Part shown: positions 1 through 10,282 of the stretch, one piece after another
How the letters are laid out: every line of letters begins with the position of its first letter
Numbering within the stretch: position 1 is the first letter of the stretch
From: Candidatus Zhuqueibacterota bacterium
GTDB lineage: Bacteria; Zhuqueibacterota; Zhuqueibacteria; Thermofontimicrobiales; Thermofontimicrobiaceae
Direction of reading: 5' to 3'
NCBI GenBank assembly: GCA_049322915.1
Contig: JBMOPW010000029.1
Location: 1-64,000 of the forward strand
Length of the DNA stretch: 64,000 nt
The notes under the pieces: model-generated
The model's database searches: none
Told to the model about the DNA's origin: nothing
Seen by the model: the letters and a program-made list of their open reading frames with translations, nothing else
Program-made: the position numbers and the translations under genes

Positions 1-159
1 CATAAGGTAGAAGTAAAAAGAAAGGTGAGGATATTACCGGATAGAGAATAATCCGGTAAATCATTATCATCCTGTTATCCTGTCCAAAGTAAACAAATAC
101 AACTTTTGATCCCCTGTGATCAATTACAAAATCAAAATTCAGTATCCAACGAGGTTCGA

Positions 160-1953
160 ATGGTCAAACGATACGTTGCTTTTTTTACATTGATAGTCGC
201 ACTCAGTTTTTATGCGCCGCTATCGGCCCAGCGTGCAGCGCTGGACTGGAAGCTTCACAATGTGGGTCGGGTGCGCCAACTCATCACCAATATGGGAACA
301 TTGTGGGCTGCCAGCACGGATTATCCCGGCCTGATCTATTGCGAATTCCCGCCCAACAGCAATGAAGAGCACGTAGGCGAAGCTGGTATTTTCATCGGCG
401 CCATCACGCAGGACAGGGACACGCTCGTCTCGGTCACGACGCTGTGGGCAGACCCGCATTTTGAGTTCTATCCCTCCGCTTCAGAGGACGATACCGTCTG
501 GGTCGTGATGCGCGGCGATACCGTGGATATTCCCTACATGCCCAATTACACCGCCATGTCGGACCAGGATTTTATCTGCAAATACAGCGATTATAATATC
601 ACCAACAACGGCGACCACGTTCCACTATTTCTCGATGTCATTCAGGTGAGTTATGCCTGGAGTTCTGCCCCGCTGGATGAATTCATCGTGTTTGACTATT
701 ACATCATCCCCACAAAAATGTCATTGGGCAATGTGCACATCGGTTATTGGATGGATGGCAATGTGGGCTATCGCGGCACCGGCTGGGGATTTGCGCTGGA
801 CGATCTATCGCAATACTACCCGGAATACAATCTCGCAGCGTCCATTGACCCGGTCGGAGGCGAGGACGAATTGGCCATCAGCCCCATCGGCGTGAAAATA
901 TTTCCGTCGGATGAAATGCTTGCGCGACAGTTGCAATGGACATTCAACTGGTACCCCGGCGGCGGCGCCGGTTCTCCGGCCAATCGGGACAACCTGTTTT
1001 ACCAGGAAATCAGTTCCGGAGAAATCATGCAAAACCAGCAGGCCGGCGATGGGTCGCAGTACATCCTTTCCTTCGGACCGATTTCATTGAACCTGGGCGA
1101 TACAGCGCGGGTTCGCGTGGGCATTGTGCTGGGCGAAGGCGAGGAGAAAATGCTGGAAAACGCCGCTCGTCTGGAGTGGCTGGTGAATCAGGACTTTCGC
1201 GTTCCTTCTCCCCCGCCAACGCCGCCGTTACGCGTCGAGACGCGCAATCATCAGGTGACGCTGAGATGGGACCCGCTCGCCGGAGATGTCAATCCGGAAT
1301 TGTATCAGGACCCCAATCGCGCCGATGACATTGCCCAACCTTTTGAAGGCTACCGCGTTTATAAAAGCACCCAAAGCGCCACCGGCCCGTGGACGCTGTT
1401 GGCTGAATTCGACATCCCGGATAATTCCTATTTTCAGAATACCGGTTTGGATTACTCGTACACCGATGTCGGACTCCTCAACAACCTGGAATATTATTAC
1501 GCCGTCACTGCCTTTTCCAAGCCGGATGCAGAGATCAATTTCCCATCGCTGGAATCGAGCAAAAATGCAACGAGCAAAACTGTCGTTCCCGGCACCGAGC
1601 CGCCGGAGACTGTGGGACAGGTGGCAGTGGTTCCCAATCCCTATCGCGGCGATATCGCGTATCAGACCTTTGACCCACCCTGGGAAAAAGCCGGCGGCAC
1701 GCGCGATATCTGGATGGAGCAGGATCGGCGGGTGCAATTCATCAACCTGCCGGCGCAATGCGAGATCAGAATTTTCACGCTGGCCGGCGATTTCATCAGC
1801 ACAATTTCGCACGACAATCCGTACCAGGGATACGAGGACTGGAACCTGACTTCGGATATTGGCCAGGCTATTTCGAGCGGAATTTACCTGTTCACCGTGG
1901 AGGACAGCCGCACCGGCCAGGTTCAAATCGGAAAATTTGTTGTGATAAAGTGA
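160..1953 (+). CDS. Secreted protein with fibronectin-III-like domain and C-terminal FlgD-Ig/T9SS-like sorting region
   Basis: ATG at 160 after GAGG; signal peptide; 'VTLRWD..FEGYRVYKS..YYYAVTAF' FN3 pattern; 'VVPNPY..IRIFTLAGD..SSGIYLF..GKFVVIK' C-terminus. Confidence 0.75.
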   Translation: MVKRYVAFFTLIVALSFYAPLSAQRAALDWKLHNVGRVRQLITNMGTLWAASTDYPGLIYCEFPPNSNEEHVGEAGIFIGAITQDRDTLVSVTTLWADPHFEFYPSASEDDTVWVVMRGDTVDIPYMPNYTAMSDQDFICKYSDYNITNNGDHVPLFLDVIQVSYAWSSAPLDEFIVFDYYIIPTKMSLGNVHIGYWMDGNVGYRGTGWGFALDDLSQYYPEYNLAASIDPVGGEDELAISPIGVKIFPSDEMLARQLQWTFNWYPGGGAGSPANRDNLFYQEISSGEIMQNQQAGDGSQYILSFGPISLNLGDTARVRVGIVLGEGEEKMLENAARLEWLVNQDFRVPSPPPTPPLRVETRNHQVTLRWDPLAGDVNPELYQDPNRADDIAQPFEGYRVYKSTQSATGPWTLLAEFDIPDNSYFQNTGLDYSYTDVGLLNNLEYYYAVTAFSKPDAEINFPSLESSKNATSKTVVPGTEPPETVGQVAVVPNPYRGDIAYQTFDPPWEKAGGTRDIWMEQDRRVQFINLPAQCEIRIFTLAGDFISTISHDNPYQGYEDWNLTSDIGQAISSGIYLFTVEDSRTGQVQIGKFVVIK

Positions 1954-2091
1954 GATAGCTTTTTTGAAATGGAAATCAAAAGTCAATGGGTAGTTCACAT
2001 TGACGCGCCGTAACCGATAGCAAGTGTACCCTGTGTAATTCAATAAATCAATACCCTCATGTATTCGTGTTCGAAACTAAAGGTACCCGAC

Positions 2092-3012
2092 ATGTTCAAA
2101 AAGATATTTCTACTCATTGCTATTCTGCCCAGCTTCGTATTTGCCCAGTATGAGCGCCCCGGGAGCACCGACGCCCAATTCCTAAAAATCGGTGTGAGCG
2201 CCCGCGCGGCAGGACTTGGCAACGCTTACATCGCTGTTGTCGACGGAGCCGACGCCACCTATTACAACGCAGCGGCGCTAGCTCGAATTCCCGGCACGGC
2301 CATGTCGTTCAACCATACCAACTGGTTCGCCGGCATCAATCACGATTTCGTTGCAGCAGCAAGGACATTTGGCAGATTGGGAACGTTTGGACTTTCAATC
2401 ACAGCGCTGTACACCGATGAAATGAAAGTGCGCACCCCGCTGCAGCCGGACGGGACCGGCGAAACTTTTTACGCCACAAATCTCCGGGCGGGCTTGAGCT
2501 ACGCGCGCTACCTCACCGATCGCGTCACTTTTGGCGGTTCCATTAATTTTATCGAGATGTCGCTTTATTCGGATTTCAAGGCATCGGCGATTTCCATCGA
2601 TATTGCCATTCTCTACGTGACCAATTTCCGCAATTTCAGATTCGGCATGCAAATAGCGAATTTTGGGTCCGAAATCAAATATGTCAATGAATCTTATCCG
2701 TTGCCCACCAATTTTACTTTTGGAATGGCCATCAATGCCATCGAAGCTGCAAACCAGACCGTGCTTTTCACTTTCTCCGCGCTCAAGCCCAATGACGGCC
2801 AGCCGTTGGGTCAGGTCGGCGCTGAGTGGAATTATCAAAATCTGCTTTTTCTGCGCAGCGGCTATTGGATGAATCACGAGGTCGCTACTTATTCATTCGG
2901 CGGTGGGCTTCAATTGAAATTGAACAATTATCAGGGTCGCCTGGATTATGCCTTCAGCGATTTTGATTTGCTGGGACAAACGCATCGATTCGGCATTGGA
3001 TTTTTCTTCTGA
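2092..3012 (+). CDS. PorV/PorQ (UPF0164) family outer-membrane beta-barrel
   Basis: 'AQFLKIGVSARAAGLGNAY..ATYYNAAAL' N-terminal motif; terminal 'THRFGIGFFF'; signal peptide from ATG 2092. Confidence 0.85.
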   Translation: MFKKIFLLIAILPSFVFAQYERPGSTDAQFLKIGVSARAAGLGNAYIAVVDGADATYYNAAALARIPGTAMSFNHTNWFAGINHDFVAAARTFGRLGTFGLSITALYTDEMKVRTPLQPDGTGETFYATNLRAGLSYARYLTDRVTFGGSINFIEMSLYSDFKASAISIDIAILYVTNFRNFRFGMQIANFGSEIKYVNESYPLPTNFTFGMAINAIEAANQTVLFTFSALKPNDGQPLGQVGAEWNYQNLLFLRSGYWMNHEVATYSFGGGLQLKLNNYQGRLDYAFSDFDLLGQTHRFGIGFFF

Positions 3013-3174
3013 TGAAAAATTCCGTAACCATAATGGCTCTTTTCACGTAGAGAGTTTAAAATTAATTCATGGTTATTCACCCTGTTGGGCTGATCTCAGT
3101 GAACTGGGATCAGGGGATCAAGTCATTCATTGATGTGAATTATTTAATCACATTACCCGAAGAAAGGAACCGAT

Positions 3175-4113
3175 ATGACAATTCGATACATCGAGCCGCT
3201 GCAGCAAGCATGGGAGAAAATGAGGACCGCGCTTTTCAGGCCGTTCGATATTAGCAAATGGTTCACTGTGGGGTTTACTGCATTTCTGGCCGGCCTCACA
3301 GACTGGTATGGCGGTAAAAATCCGGATATTCACGAACGCATGCATGTCGACGCTGAGGAATTTTTCGATTTCCCACGAAACGTCATGGAATGGTTGCATG
3401 ATCATCCGATTTGGTTCATGGTCATCGTCATCGCCGTCATTTTTTTTATTGCCTTGTACATCGTTATGCTGTGGCTCAGCTCACGCGGCAAATTCATGTT
3501 CCTGGATAATGTCATCACCAATCGTTCGCAGGTTACAAATCCCTGGAATCAATATCGCACTCTGGCAAATTCCCTGTTTCTCTGGCGATTTGTCTTCAGC
3601 ATCATTGCCTTCTTCACATTCATTCTGTTCTTCATTCAGGTCTATTACATCGCGTTAAATATTTATGAGGAACACTTCACCACGCCGGCCATCATTGTGC
3701 TCATTGCCGGTATGGCGCTTTTGTTTTTATTGCTGATAATTATCATATCCTATATCTCTCTTTTTCTCAATGAGTTCATTGTGCCGATCATGTACAAGAA
3801 CCGGATGCTGACGATTCAGGCGTGGTATAAATTTCTACCACTGTTCATGAAACACTGGTTTTATTTCATCGCTTACGGGCTGCTGATTTTTCTGCTGTAC
3901 ATTATTCTTGTCATCGCCATTGTCACTTTCGGTTTATTCACGTGCTGCATTGGCTTTTTGTTGCTCATCATTCCCTATGTCGGGTCCGTGATTCTGTTGC
4001 CAGTGTCTTTCACGTTTCGCGCCTTCAGCGTGCTGTTTCTGGAGCAATTCGGGGAGCAATTTACTCTGTTTCCCAGAGCAGAGGAGCCCACAGTCACAGG
4101 GACTTCGGCCTAA
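3175..4113 (+). CDS. Multi-pass membrane protein, function unknown
   Basis: 312-aa ORF with about 6 hydrophobic segments; AGGA RBS. Confidence 0.7.
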   Translation: MTIRYIEPLQQAWEKMRTALFRPFDISKWFTVGFTAFLAGLTDWYGGKNPDIHERMHVDAEEFFDFPRNVMEWLHDHPIWFMVIVIAVIFFIALYIVMLWLSSRGKFMFLDNVITNRSQVTNPWNQYRTLANSLFLWRFVFSIIAFFTFILFFIQVYYIALNIYEEHFTTPAIIVLIAGMALLFLLLIIIISYISLFLNEFIVPIMYKNRMLTIQAWYKFLPLFMKHWFYFIAYGLLIFLLYIILVIAIVTFGLFTCCIGFLLLIIPYVGSVILLPVSFTFRAFSVLFLEQFGEQFTLFPRAEEPTVTGTSA

Positions 4114-4192
4114 TTGGCAACATTAGCCAGATTGCGGCAGATGGAATTTTCGTATTTCGAACATAGAATTTAGACTAAAGAGGTACACATCA

Positions 4193-5596
4193 TTGAAGAA
4201 TCATTCAACATCATTTTCAAAATCTGCCTTGATCATCCTCGTGAGCTTCGCCTTTCTCATCGGATTTCAGACTGAAGCGCGATGTCAGGAAAGCTCCGAA
4301 GATACATCAGCCATTAACTTCGGGAAATTGCGTCTGCCCATCATTCCATGGGGTAATACACAACCACCGACGCTGAATGATGAAATTGCATTGCTTTTGC
4401 AAAACACATTGGAAGAACTGATACTCTACGATATCCTGGTTGCGTTGCCGGTGGACTCGGTTTTCATTCACGGCAGCAATTATGTCCGGCACAATTTTGC
4501 CCTGAAACCATTTCACGCCAGGAAATATCTTGAGGCCATCATCATCACGTCAGCGCAGATGTACCAGGAAGGTGTTTATCCCGGGACAAAAGAACAGTAC
4601 TTTTCGCTGGCTCAGCCCAAACAAACGACGATGGATTCGCTGGATAATCCGGACAATGTTTACACGTACCTCAGCATGGAATCTTATTTCATCGATATCC
4701 AGTCCGGCGATTATACCGGTGATTTTAATTTTGTCGTTGTGCACACCGGCGGCGATCGCGGGAAGTCCAAACGCACAGCGATGAATCTGCTTCACGCGAA
4801 AATGGTTAATGAGTTGAAACGCATTTACTGGATTTCAGCGGATATCGATAGCGCCGCAGGCGGAACGATCTCCATTCCGCTTGGGTCTCGCCACGGCATC
4901 AAGCCGGGCTGGATATTTGAACTGGTTGAGCCGGATCGCGTATGGAATGCCGAGGGCGAGGAGTACGTCACCCCGGGTGGGTCTGTCGGTTTCGCCTGTG
5001 TGACGGATACGGTGCAGGAGAGCAGTCAGCTTTCTATCATCCGTCAATGGGATGATTATTACGCCGGCAGTTGGGCTGTCGAGCATCTGAATCCGGTTTA
5101 TTCCATCATGCTGAATTACACAGTCCCTTCGGACAATTCGTATTTCAATACAGGAGTGGTCGTCCAGGGCCGAGCAATACACAATCTAGATTGGGGCTTT
5201 GGCGTCCACTTCATGCATATTGTTGATTCCTACGATGAAAAAGATTACGGCTTCGGCGTTTCAGGGTTCGGGCTGTGGCGTTTCTTGAACCACAAACGGC
5301 TGGATCTCGGAGCGCGCCTGGGGCTGTTGTTGGATATTCCCTTTAAAAACGATGACGACGATCGTGCCGTGAATACCGTGCTCTTTGCCACAGCGCTCAC
5401 CGGCACCTGCGAATTCATGCTTTCGGCTCACACCGATATTGTCGTCGATGCCGGGTATCGCTGGGGCATAAAAAATGATGACTGGTCCTATTCTGAGGAA
5501 GAAGAATCCATGCCGGCTTACTGGTTCGCTGATCCACCTTCAGTCCAAAATTCCGGATTGGTGCTTTCGGTCGGAATCAAGTACCACCTGTTTTAA
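4193..5596 (+). CDS. Exported protein with probable C-terminal beta-barrel
   Basis: TTG start after GAGG; signal-like N-terminus; alternating beta strands ending 'SVGIKYHLF'. Confidence 0.6.
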   Translation: MKNHSTSFSKSALIILVSFAFLIGFQTEARCQESSEDTSAINFGKLRLPIIPWGNTQPPTLNDEIALLLQNTLEELILYDILVALPVDSVFIHGSNYVRHNFALKPFHARKYLEAIIITSAQMYQEGVYPGTKEQYFSLAQPKQTTMDSLDNPDNVYTYLSMESYFIDIQSGDYTGDFNFVVVHTGGDRGKSKRTAMNLLHAKMVNELKRIYWISADIDSAAGGTISIPLGSRHGIKPGWIFELVEPDRVWNAEGEEYVTPGGSVGFACVTDTVQESSQLSIIRQWDDYYAGSWAVEHLNPVYSIMLNYTVPSDNSYFNTGVVVQGRAIHNLDWGFGVHFMHIVDSYDEKDYGFGVSGFGLWRFLNHKRLDLGARLGLLLDIPFKNDDDDRAVNTVLFATALTGTCEFMLSAHTDIVVDAGYRWGIKNDDWSYSEEEESMPAYWFADPPSVQNSGLVLSVGIKYHLF

Positions 5597-5657
5597 AAAA
5601 GCCAATACGCTTCACCCTTGCTTTCTGAATGTAGATATTCACTAAAATTTTCTGACA

Positions 5658-6065
5658 ATGGTTACTTCTCTCAGCAACGAGACTTTGTCCCCACGCTCCC
5701 GACGGAACAGAATTTTCTTCGCATGGGTCATTTCTGTCGGGATGTTCTTTTTTTTCTTCATTCATCCACAGCATTCATTCCTACCCTCATGTTACTTTAA
5801 ATCGCTCACCGGACTCGATTGCCCGAGTTGCGGTTTAAGCCGATCATTCTATGCAGTCTCTCATTTTCACATCCACGATGCCTTCCGCTATCATCTCATG
5901 GGGCCCATCCTTTTTCTCATTTTTGCACTGGTACTGGTAAAGCTTAGTTTTGAAATTGCTCTCAGAAAAGCGATTCGCGTGAGCATTCCCCGGTCGGCTA
6001 TGACGATAGCACTGATAGTTTTTTTCGGTACCTGGCTCATTTACTGGCTCACCCGGTTAGGATAG
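5658..6065 (+). CDS. DUF2752 family membrane protein
   Basis: 'CYFKSLTGLDCPSCGLSRS' motif and 3 TM segments. Confidence 0.85.
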   Translation: MVTSLSNETLSPRSRRNRIFFAWVISVGMFFFFFIHPQHSFLPSCYFKSLTGLDCPSCGLSRSFYAVSHFHIHDAFRYHLMGPILFLIFALVLVKLSFEIALRKAIRVSIPRSAMTIALIVFFGTWLIYWLTRLG

Positions 6066-6163
6066 CCTCGTTATTTCTGCCGGATTTTTCTATTGATTAT
6101 TTAGCTATTTGTGAGTAGATTAGCACACATCATTAGCGACTAATTTTGGAGGAGATGGAAAAA

Positions 6164-8227
6164 ATGTTGATTCAAAAATTCATTATCATAGCTGTTTTGT
6201 GTATTCTCCTTGCATTCAACATAGCCCCGCTGTCCGGGCAGATTTCTCAGATGAAGCCAATCGACATCGCTGCCGGATTGGCCGATAGTTCAATTACGGC
6301 GATTGTCTACCCTGAATTCAATTTCAACACCATCGAAAATGTCTTTGACGGCAATCAGCTCACCGAAGCCGTTGTGCAAAATAGCGATTCATTGACAATC
6401 ACATTGGATTTCACAAAACCTATTCTCATCGGGAAGAGTAAAATCTTTTTCTGGAACGACGGCGTATGGAGCCTCGACGCTGCTGATTCCCTGGACGATT
6501 TGTCATCCATGTCAGGGTCTTACCGTTCTATTTTCAACAATAATGCATGTTCATTTTTTACCTGGGATTCCCTTGAGTTCGATGCAGTCAGGTATCGCTT
6601 TATCAGGCTAAAAGCAAAGAATTTATCTAACAACAGCGTCTACCTGGGCGAGTGGAAATTATACAATCCTTTTTCACTTGTCTCGTTACAAATATCGCCG
6701 GAACCAGCCCGGCTTTTGAGCGGTACCTCCCTGCAATTGAATGTCAAAGCCATTGGCAATGATAGCGAATTATATTCCCTGCCGGCAGATGGTCCAATTT
6801 TCTGGAACACGGCCGATCCGTCCATTGTCACAGTTGACGAATTTGGCATCGCCAGAGGTCACGCCCTAGGGACGACCAAAATTTTCGTCTCGTATGAATC
6901 TCTCACCGATACGGTGACTGCCATGGTTTTGCCGGATTTTGCTTCAACTAATGCCGAACCGCTCATCATTCATGTCGCGCTGGTCGTTCAGGACCAGATT
7001 ATTGATTTTACCAACAACCGAAAAATACATGAAGTGCGCGGCTGGGCCGATCCCTACACGCTGGTTGCCCAGATCATTCAGGAATTCGATGAGGTGAGCG
7101 GCGGCGTCATTCGGTTCAAAGTAATTGAAACCCATGAGGATCAGACAATTTTCACACGACTCAGCAATGAATTTATGACGCTGGATACACTCCAGTATTT
7201 CTACAGCTCTAACTCCCATCTGTACGGACGGAATACAGTCGGGACGCTCCAGAATCTCGCCGAGATTCAGGGACTTGTTAAATTCGACTACAACGCGCTG
7301 ATTGATTATTATAATTTCGATCAGAAACGAAATGCCGGCGTGATCCATGAAGTCTGGGTCTACGGGCCTCCCTTCGGCGGCATGTACGAATCTCAGTTGG
7401 TCGGGCCGAACGCGTTCTGGTACAATTCGCCTCCGTTAGATCACCCTGGCCTGGAAAAATTGATTTCCATCATGGGGTGGAATTATGAGCGAGGCGTTGC
7501 TGAGGCCATTCACAGTTTTGGCCATCGCACGGAGAGCGCGATGGTTCAAGCGTATGGGGGAAAATGGGACGTCCATTCAGAAAATCCAACCTCGTGGGAT
7601 ATCTTCACGCGAATCGAGAAAGATTTGCCAGGGCTCTCCCATATCGGAAATATCCACTTCCCGCCCAATGGCGCATCCGATTATGACTATAGCAACACGC
7701 GCTACGTCATCACCTACGCCGATAACTGGAAGCGTTATCCCATTCTGCTGGATCAGACGCGGCGAATCAATTGCCAGGAATGGGGCTGCACGGGGTTAGG
7801 CTACCTGCGCTGGTGGTACAGTCACCTACCCCGTTTTACCGGAATCACCGATGGCGTCCTGAACAATTGGTGGCATTATGTGGTCGATTACGAAGGAGCT
7901 GTCGCTTTGGCGCTACAAACAAGCGTAGAAGAAACGCCTTTTCATGTTGCAGAACGCATCCCGATTGACTTTCAGTTAGAGCAGAATTACCCAAACCCGT
8001 TCAATCCGGTAACGACCATAACCTTCACCCTTGTTGAGCCGCTTCATGTTCGACTGGCTGTGTTCAATACACTGGGACAGGTGGTTGCCACGTTGCTTGA
8101 CGCGTCGAAAGAAGCGGGCGTTCACACGCTCAAATTCAACGCGGACAATTTACCCAGCGGCGTGTATTACTATCGGCTATCAACCGCATTGGGTACCGCT
8201 GTAAAAAAGTGCCTGCTGCTGAAATGA
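6164..8227 (+). CDS. Secreted protein: discoidin-like + Ig (Big_2) + putative zinc-peptidase-like domain + T9SS-type CTD
   Basis: Signal peptide; 'WNTADPSIVTVDEFG' Big_2 pattern; 'EAIHSFGHRTE'; 'LEQNYPNPFNP..SGVYYYRL..KKCLLLK'. Confidence 0.7.
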   Translation: MLIQKFIIIAVLCILLAFNIAPLSGQISQMKPIDIAAGLADSSITAIVYPEFNFNTIENVFDGNQLTEAVVQNSDSLTITLDFTKPILIGKSKIFFWNDGVWSLDAADSLDDLSSMSGSYRSIFNNNACSFFTWDSLEFDAVRYRFIRLKAKNLSNNSVYLGEWKLYNPFSLVSLQISPEPARLLSGTSLQLNVKAIGNDSELYSLPADGPIFWNTADPSIVTVDEFGIARGHALGTTKIFVSYESLTDTVTAMVLPDFASTNAEPLIIHVALVVQDQIIDFTNNRKIHEVRGWADPYTLVAQIIQEFDEVSGGVIRFKVIETHEDQTIFTRLSNEFMTLDTLQYFYSSNSHLYGRNTVGTLQNLAEIQGLVKFDYNALIDYYNFDQKRNAGVIHEVWVYGPPFGGMYESQLVGPNAFWYNSPPLDHPGLEKLISIMGWNYERGVAEAIHSFGHRTESAMVQAYGGKWDVHSENPTSWDIFTRIEKDLPGLSHIGNIHFPPNGASDYDYSNTRYVITYADNWKRYPILLDQTRRINCQEWGCTGLGYLRWWYSHLPRFTGITDGVLNNWWHYVVDYEGAVALALQTSVEETPFHVAERIPIDFQLEQNYPNPFNPVTTITFTLVEPLHVRLAVFNTLGQVVATLLDASKEAGVHTLKFNADNLPSGVYYYRLSTALGTAVKKCLLLK

Positions 8228-8420
8228 CAATTTCAGTATGATGGATATACAGTCCGGCGCTGTCCAAAGATGGAGTCTTCCCGGGTAACACTGCGTTCCG
8301 CCACAGGTTATTCGAGCGGTCTTCATTTGCGTTTTATCTGTTTTCGAAGAATTGAGATATGGCAGATTCCGGGCGCAAGCGAATAAAACGATCATTCAGA
8401 TTCACCCAAACCAATTACTT

Positions 8421-10229
8421 ATGTTTCTGATCAATCTACATGGACTAAAAAAAGCCATTTCAGGTATCGTCGTCGCGGGTATTTCTCCTGTCGTGTTTTT
8501 GATCGCAATGTTCATGGCCTCAATGTCCAGCGCGATTGAAGAACAGGCAACCGACCTCCTGCCGTCGATCAGAGCCGACAGGTTGCCGCTGCAGCTTCTC
8601 AGCCCGAAATTGAAGAGCAAGGTCACTACCACGACGCCGACGTTCACCTGGCGCGCTCAGCGCTCCGACAGCCTGGTGGAATATCGCCTGCTCGTAGCTG
8701 AACCGGATGGGAAAATCATCATCGATCGCTGGGTTGGTTCCGATACCGTTTTCGCCGTGCCTCCAGATGCGCCGATGGAAGACCTGAAGCTATATCACTG
8801 GCTGGTTCAGGCGCAGCGGGGAAAATCTTCCGTGAAAAGCCCGGTGTGGTCATTCTGGATTGATAAGGACCTTGTGACAGATTTGAAAATCGACAGCGCG
8901 CGAATCGTCAACAACAATGGGCAATTTCAGCCTGGCCACGTGTTGGAAATTCAGGTGCAGGTTCAAAACTGCGGCCCTGAAAAAATCGACCAGTGCTTCC
9001 TCACGCTTTTCAGCGGGAATACAAATCGTAACTATTTTGACTACAGCGCCTACAGGAAAACTGTCGCGCTGGATACGCTTGAAATCAATTCACTTGAATT
9101 GAACGAACCGCAGACATTCACGCTGCGCGGGAAAATCCCTCCCGGCCTGAATCCGATCACCATTCGCCTGGACCCTGGTTTTGGGTTCAGTGAAATTTAC
9201 TGGCCTGACAATTTTTATCCGGTCGGGAAGATACAGACCATCGGAGAGAATGTCCAATTGCGGGGACTTTTTCTTATCTATCAAAACTACGACGATGCCG
9301 AACACAGGCGACAGACTCTCGACGAAGATGATCTTGAAAAAGTCAGCCGGAACATCGCTCGTTTCCAGGAATACTTCTGGGACCACACCCGCATGGTGCG
9401 GCTGGAAGTCGATACCATCCAGGTGAACCGCCTTCTGACGACGGAAAATTTCATCTATCAAAACGACGCCTGGGGCTATGTATTTCCTCCGACCGAAGCG
9501 GCCAAAGACCTGAGACGCCGAGGCATCGACCCCGGCAGCTACGATTATGTGTTCGCCTATTATTCGTGGCGGAATTCCCGCAAGACATGGACTGGCTATG
9601 GCGGCTATACCTATGGTGGGTATAAGTTTTCCAGTGATCTGTTCTATTTCCTGGCCCAACCGACCATTCATGGTCAGGTTGAAGATGAATTAATCACCAT
9701 CCACGAATTCATCCACCTTCTTGACCATATTTTCGAACGACGCGGCGCGAAAGAATTTTACTCGCCTCATCACAAAAGTCTGTTCACCACTTTCACGCAG
9801 GAGATCGATTATTTCGAATGGATGCTGGAGACATGGCCTTCGGAGAAATGGCTTCTGCTCAACACTGGCAGGCGGAATTCAGGACAGCAGAATCAGTCGG
9901 CCGTGCAAGCTTATTCATTGGCCGGACATCCGGAAACGATTGCATTGATGCAGAATTATCCCAATCCCTTTAACCAATTCACGACGTTCACTTTCGTCAT
10001 TCCTGAACGAGGCTCTTATGTATCCGGTGCGGCTGTGACGCTGACAATTTATGATTTGCAGGGGATTCGCGTCCGTTCGTTCCGGGAGAAGTATCGAACG
10101 CCCGGGACTTTTCAGATTTCCTGGGATGGCCGTGATTCGACGAACAGGCACGTTGCTACCGGAATCTATTTTTATGAGCTCCGGGTCAACGACGAACGCC
10201 AGTTAAAGAAATTACTCATCATCCATTAA
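8421..10229 (+). CDS. Secreted HExxH metallopeptidase-like protein with CARDB-like domain and T9SS/FlgD-type CTD (start uncertain)
   Basis: 'IHEFIHLLDH'; 'EIQVQVQNCG'; 'MQNYPNPFN..WDGRD..ATGIYFYEL..KKLLIIH'. Confidence 0.65.
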   Translation: MFLINLHGLKKAISGIVVAGISPVVFLIAMFMASMSSAIEEQATDLLPSIRADRLPLQLLSPKLKSKVTTTTPTFTWRAQRSDSLVEYRLLVAEPDGKIIIDRWVGSDTVFAVPPDAPMEDLKLYHWLVQAQRGKSSVKSPVWSFWIDKDLVTDLKIDSARIVNNNGQFQPGHVLEIQVQVQNCGPEKIDQCFLTLFSGNTNRNYFDYSAYRKTVALDTLEINSLELNEPQTFTLRGKIPPGLNPITIRLDPGFGFSEIYWPDNFYPVGKIQTIGENVQLRGLFLIYQNYDDAEHRRQTLDEDDLEKVSRNIARFQEYFWDHTRMVRLEVDTIQVNRLLTTENFIYQNDAWGYVFPPTEAAKDLRRRGIDPGSYDYVFAYYSWRNSRKTWTGYGGYTYGGYKFSSDLFYFLAQPTIHGQVEDELITIHEFIHLLDHIFERRGAKEFYSPHHKSLFTTFTQEIDYFEWMLETWPSEKWLLLNTGRRNSGQQNQSAVQAYSLAGHPETIALMQNYPNPFNQFTTFTFVIPERGSYVSGAAVTLTIYDLQGIRVRSFREKYRTPGTFQISWDGRDSTNRHVATGIYFYELRVNDERQLKKLLIIH

Positions 10230-10282
10230 CTGAAACTTGAAATGATTCACTTCACCACGATGACTATTGACGGAAAGGAATT

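Noticed and set aside
34..85. Hairpin TTACCGGAT/ATCCGGTAA plus ATCCTGT repeats
   Set aside because: Probably a degenerate intergenic repeat; cut by the window edge and single copy here.
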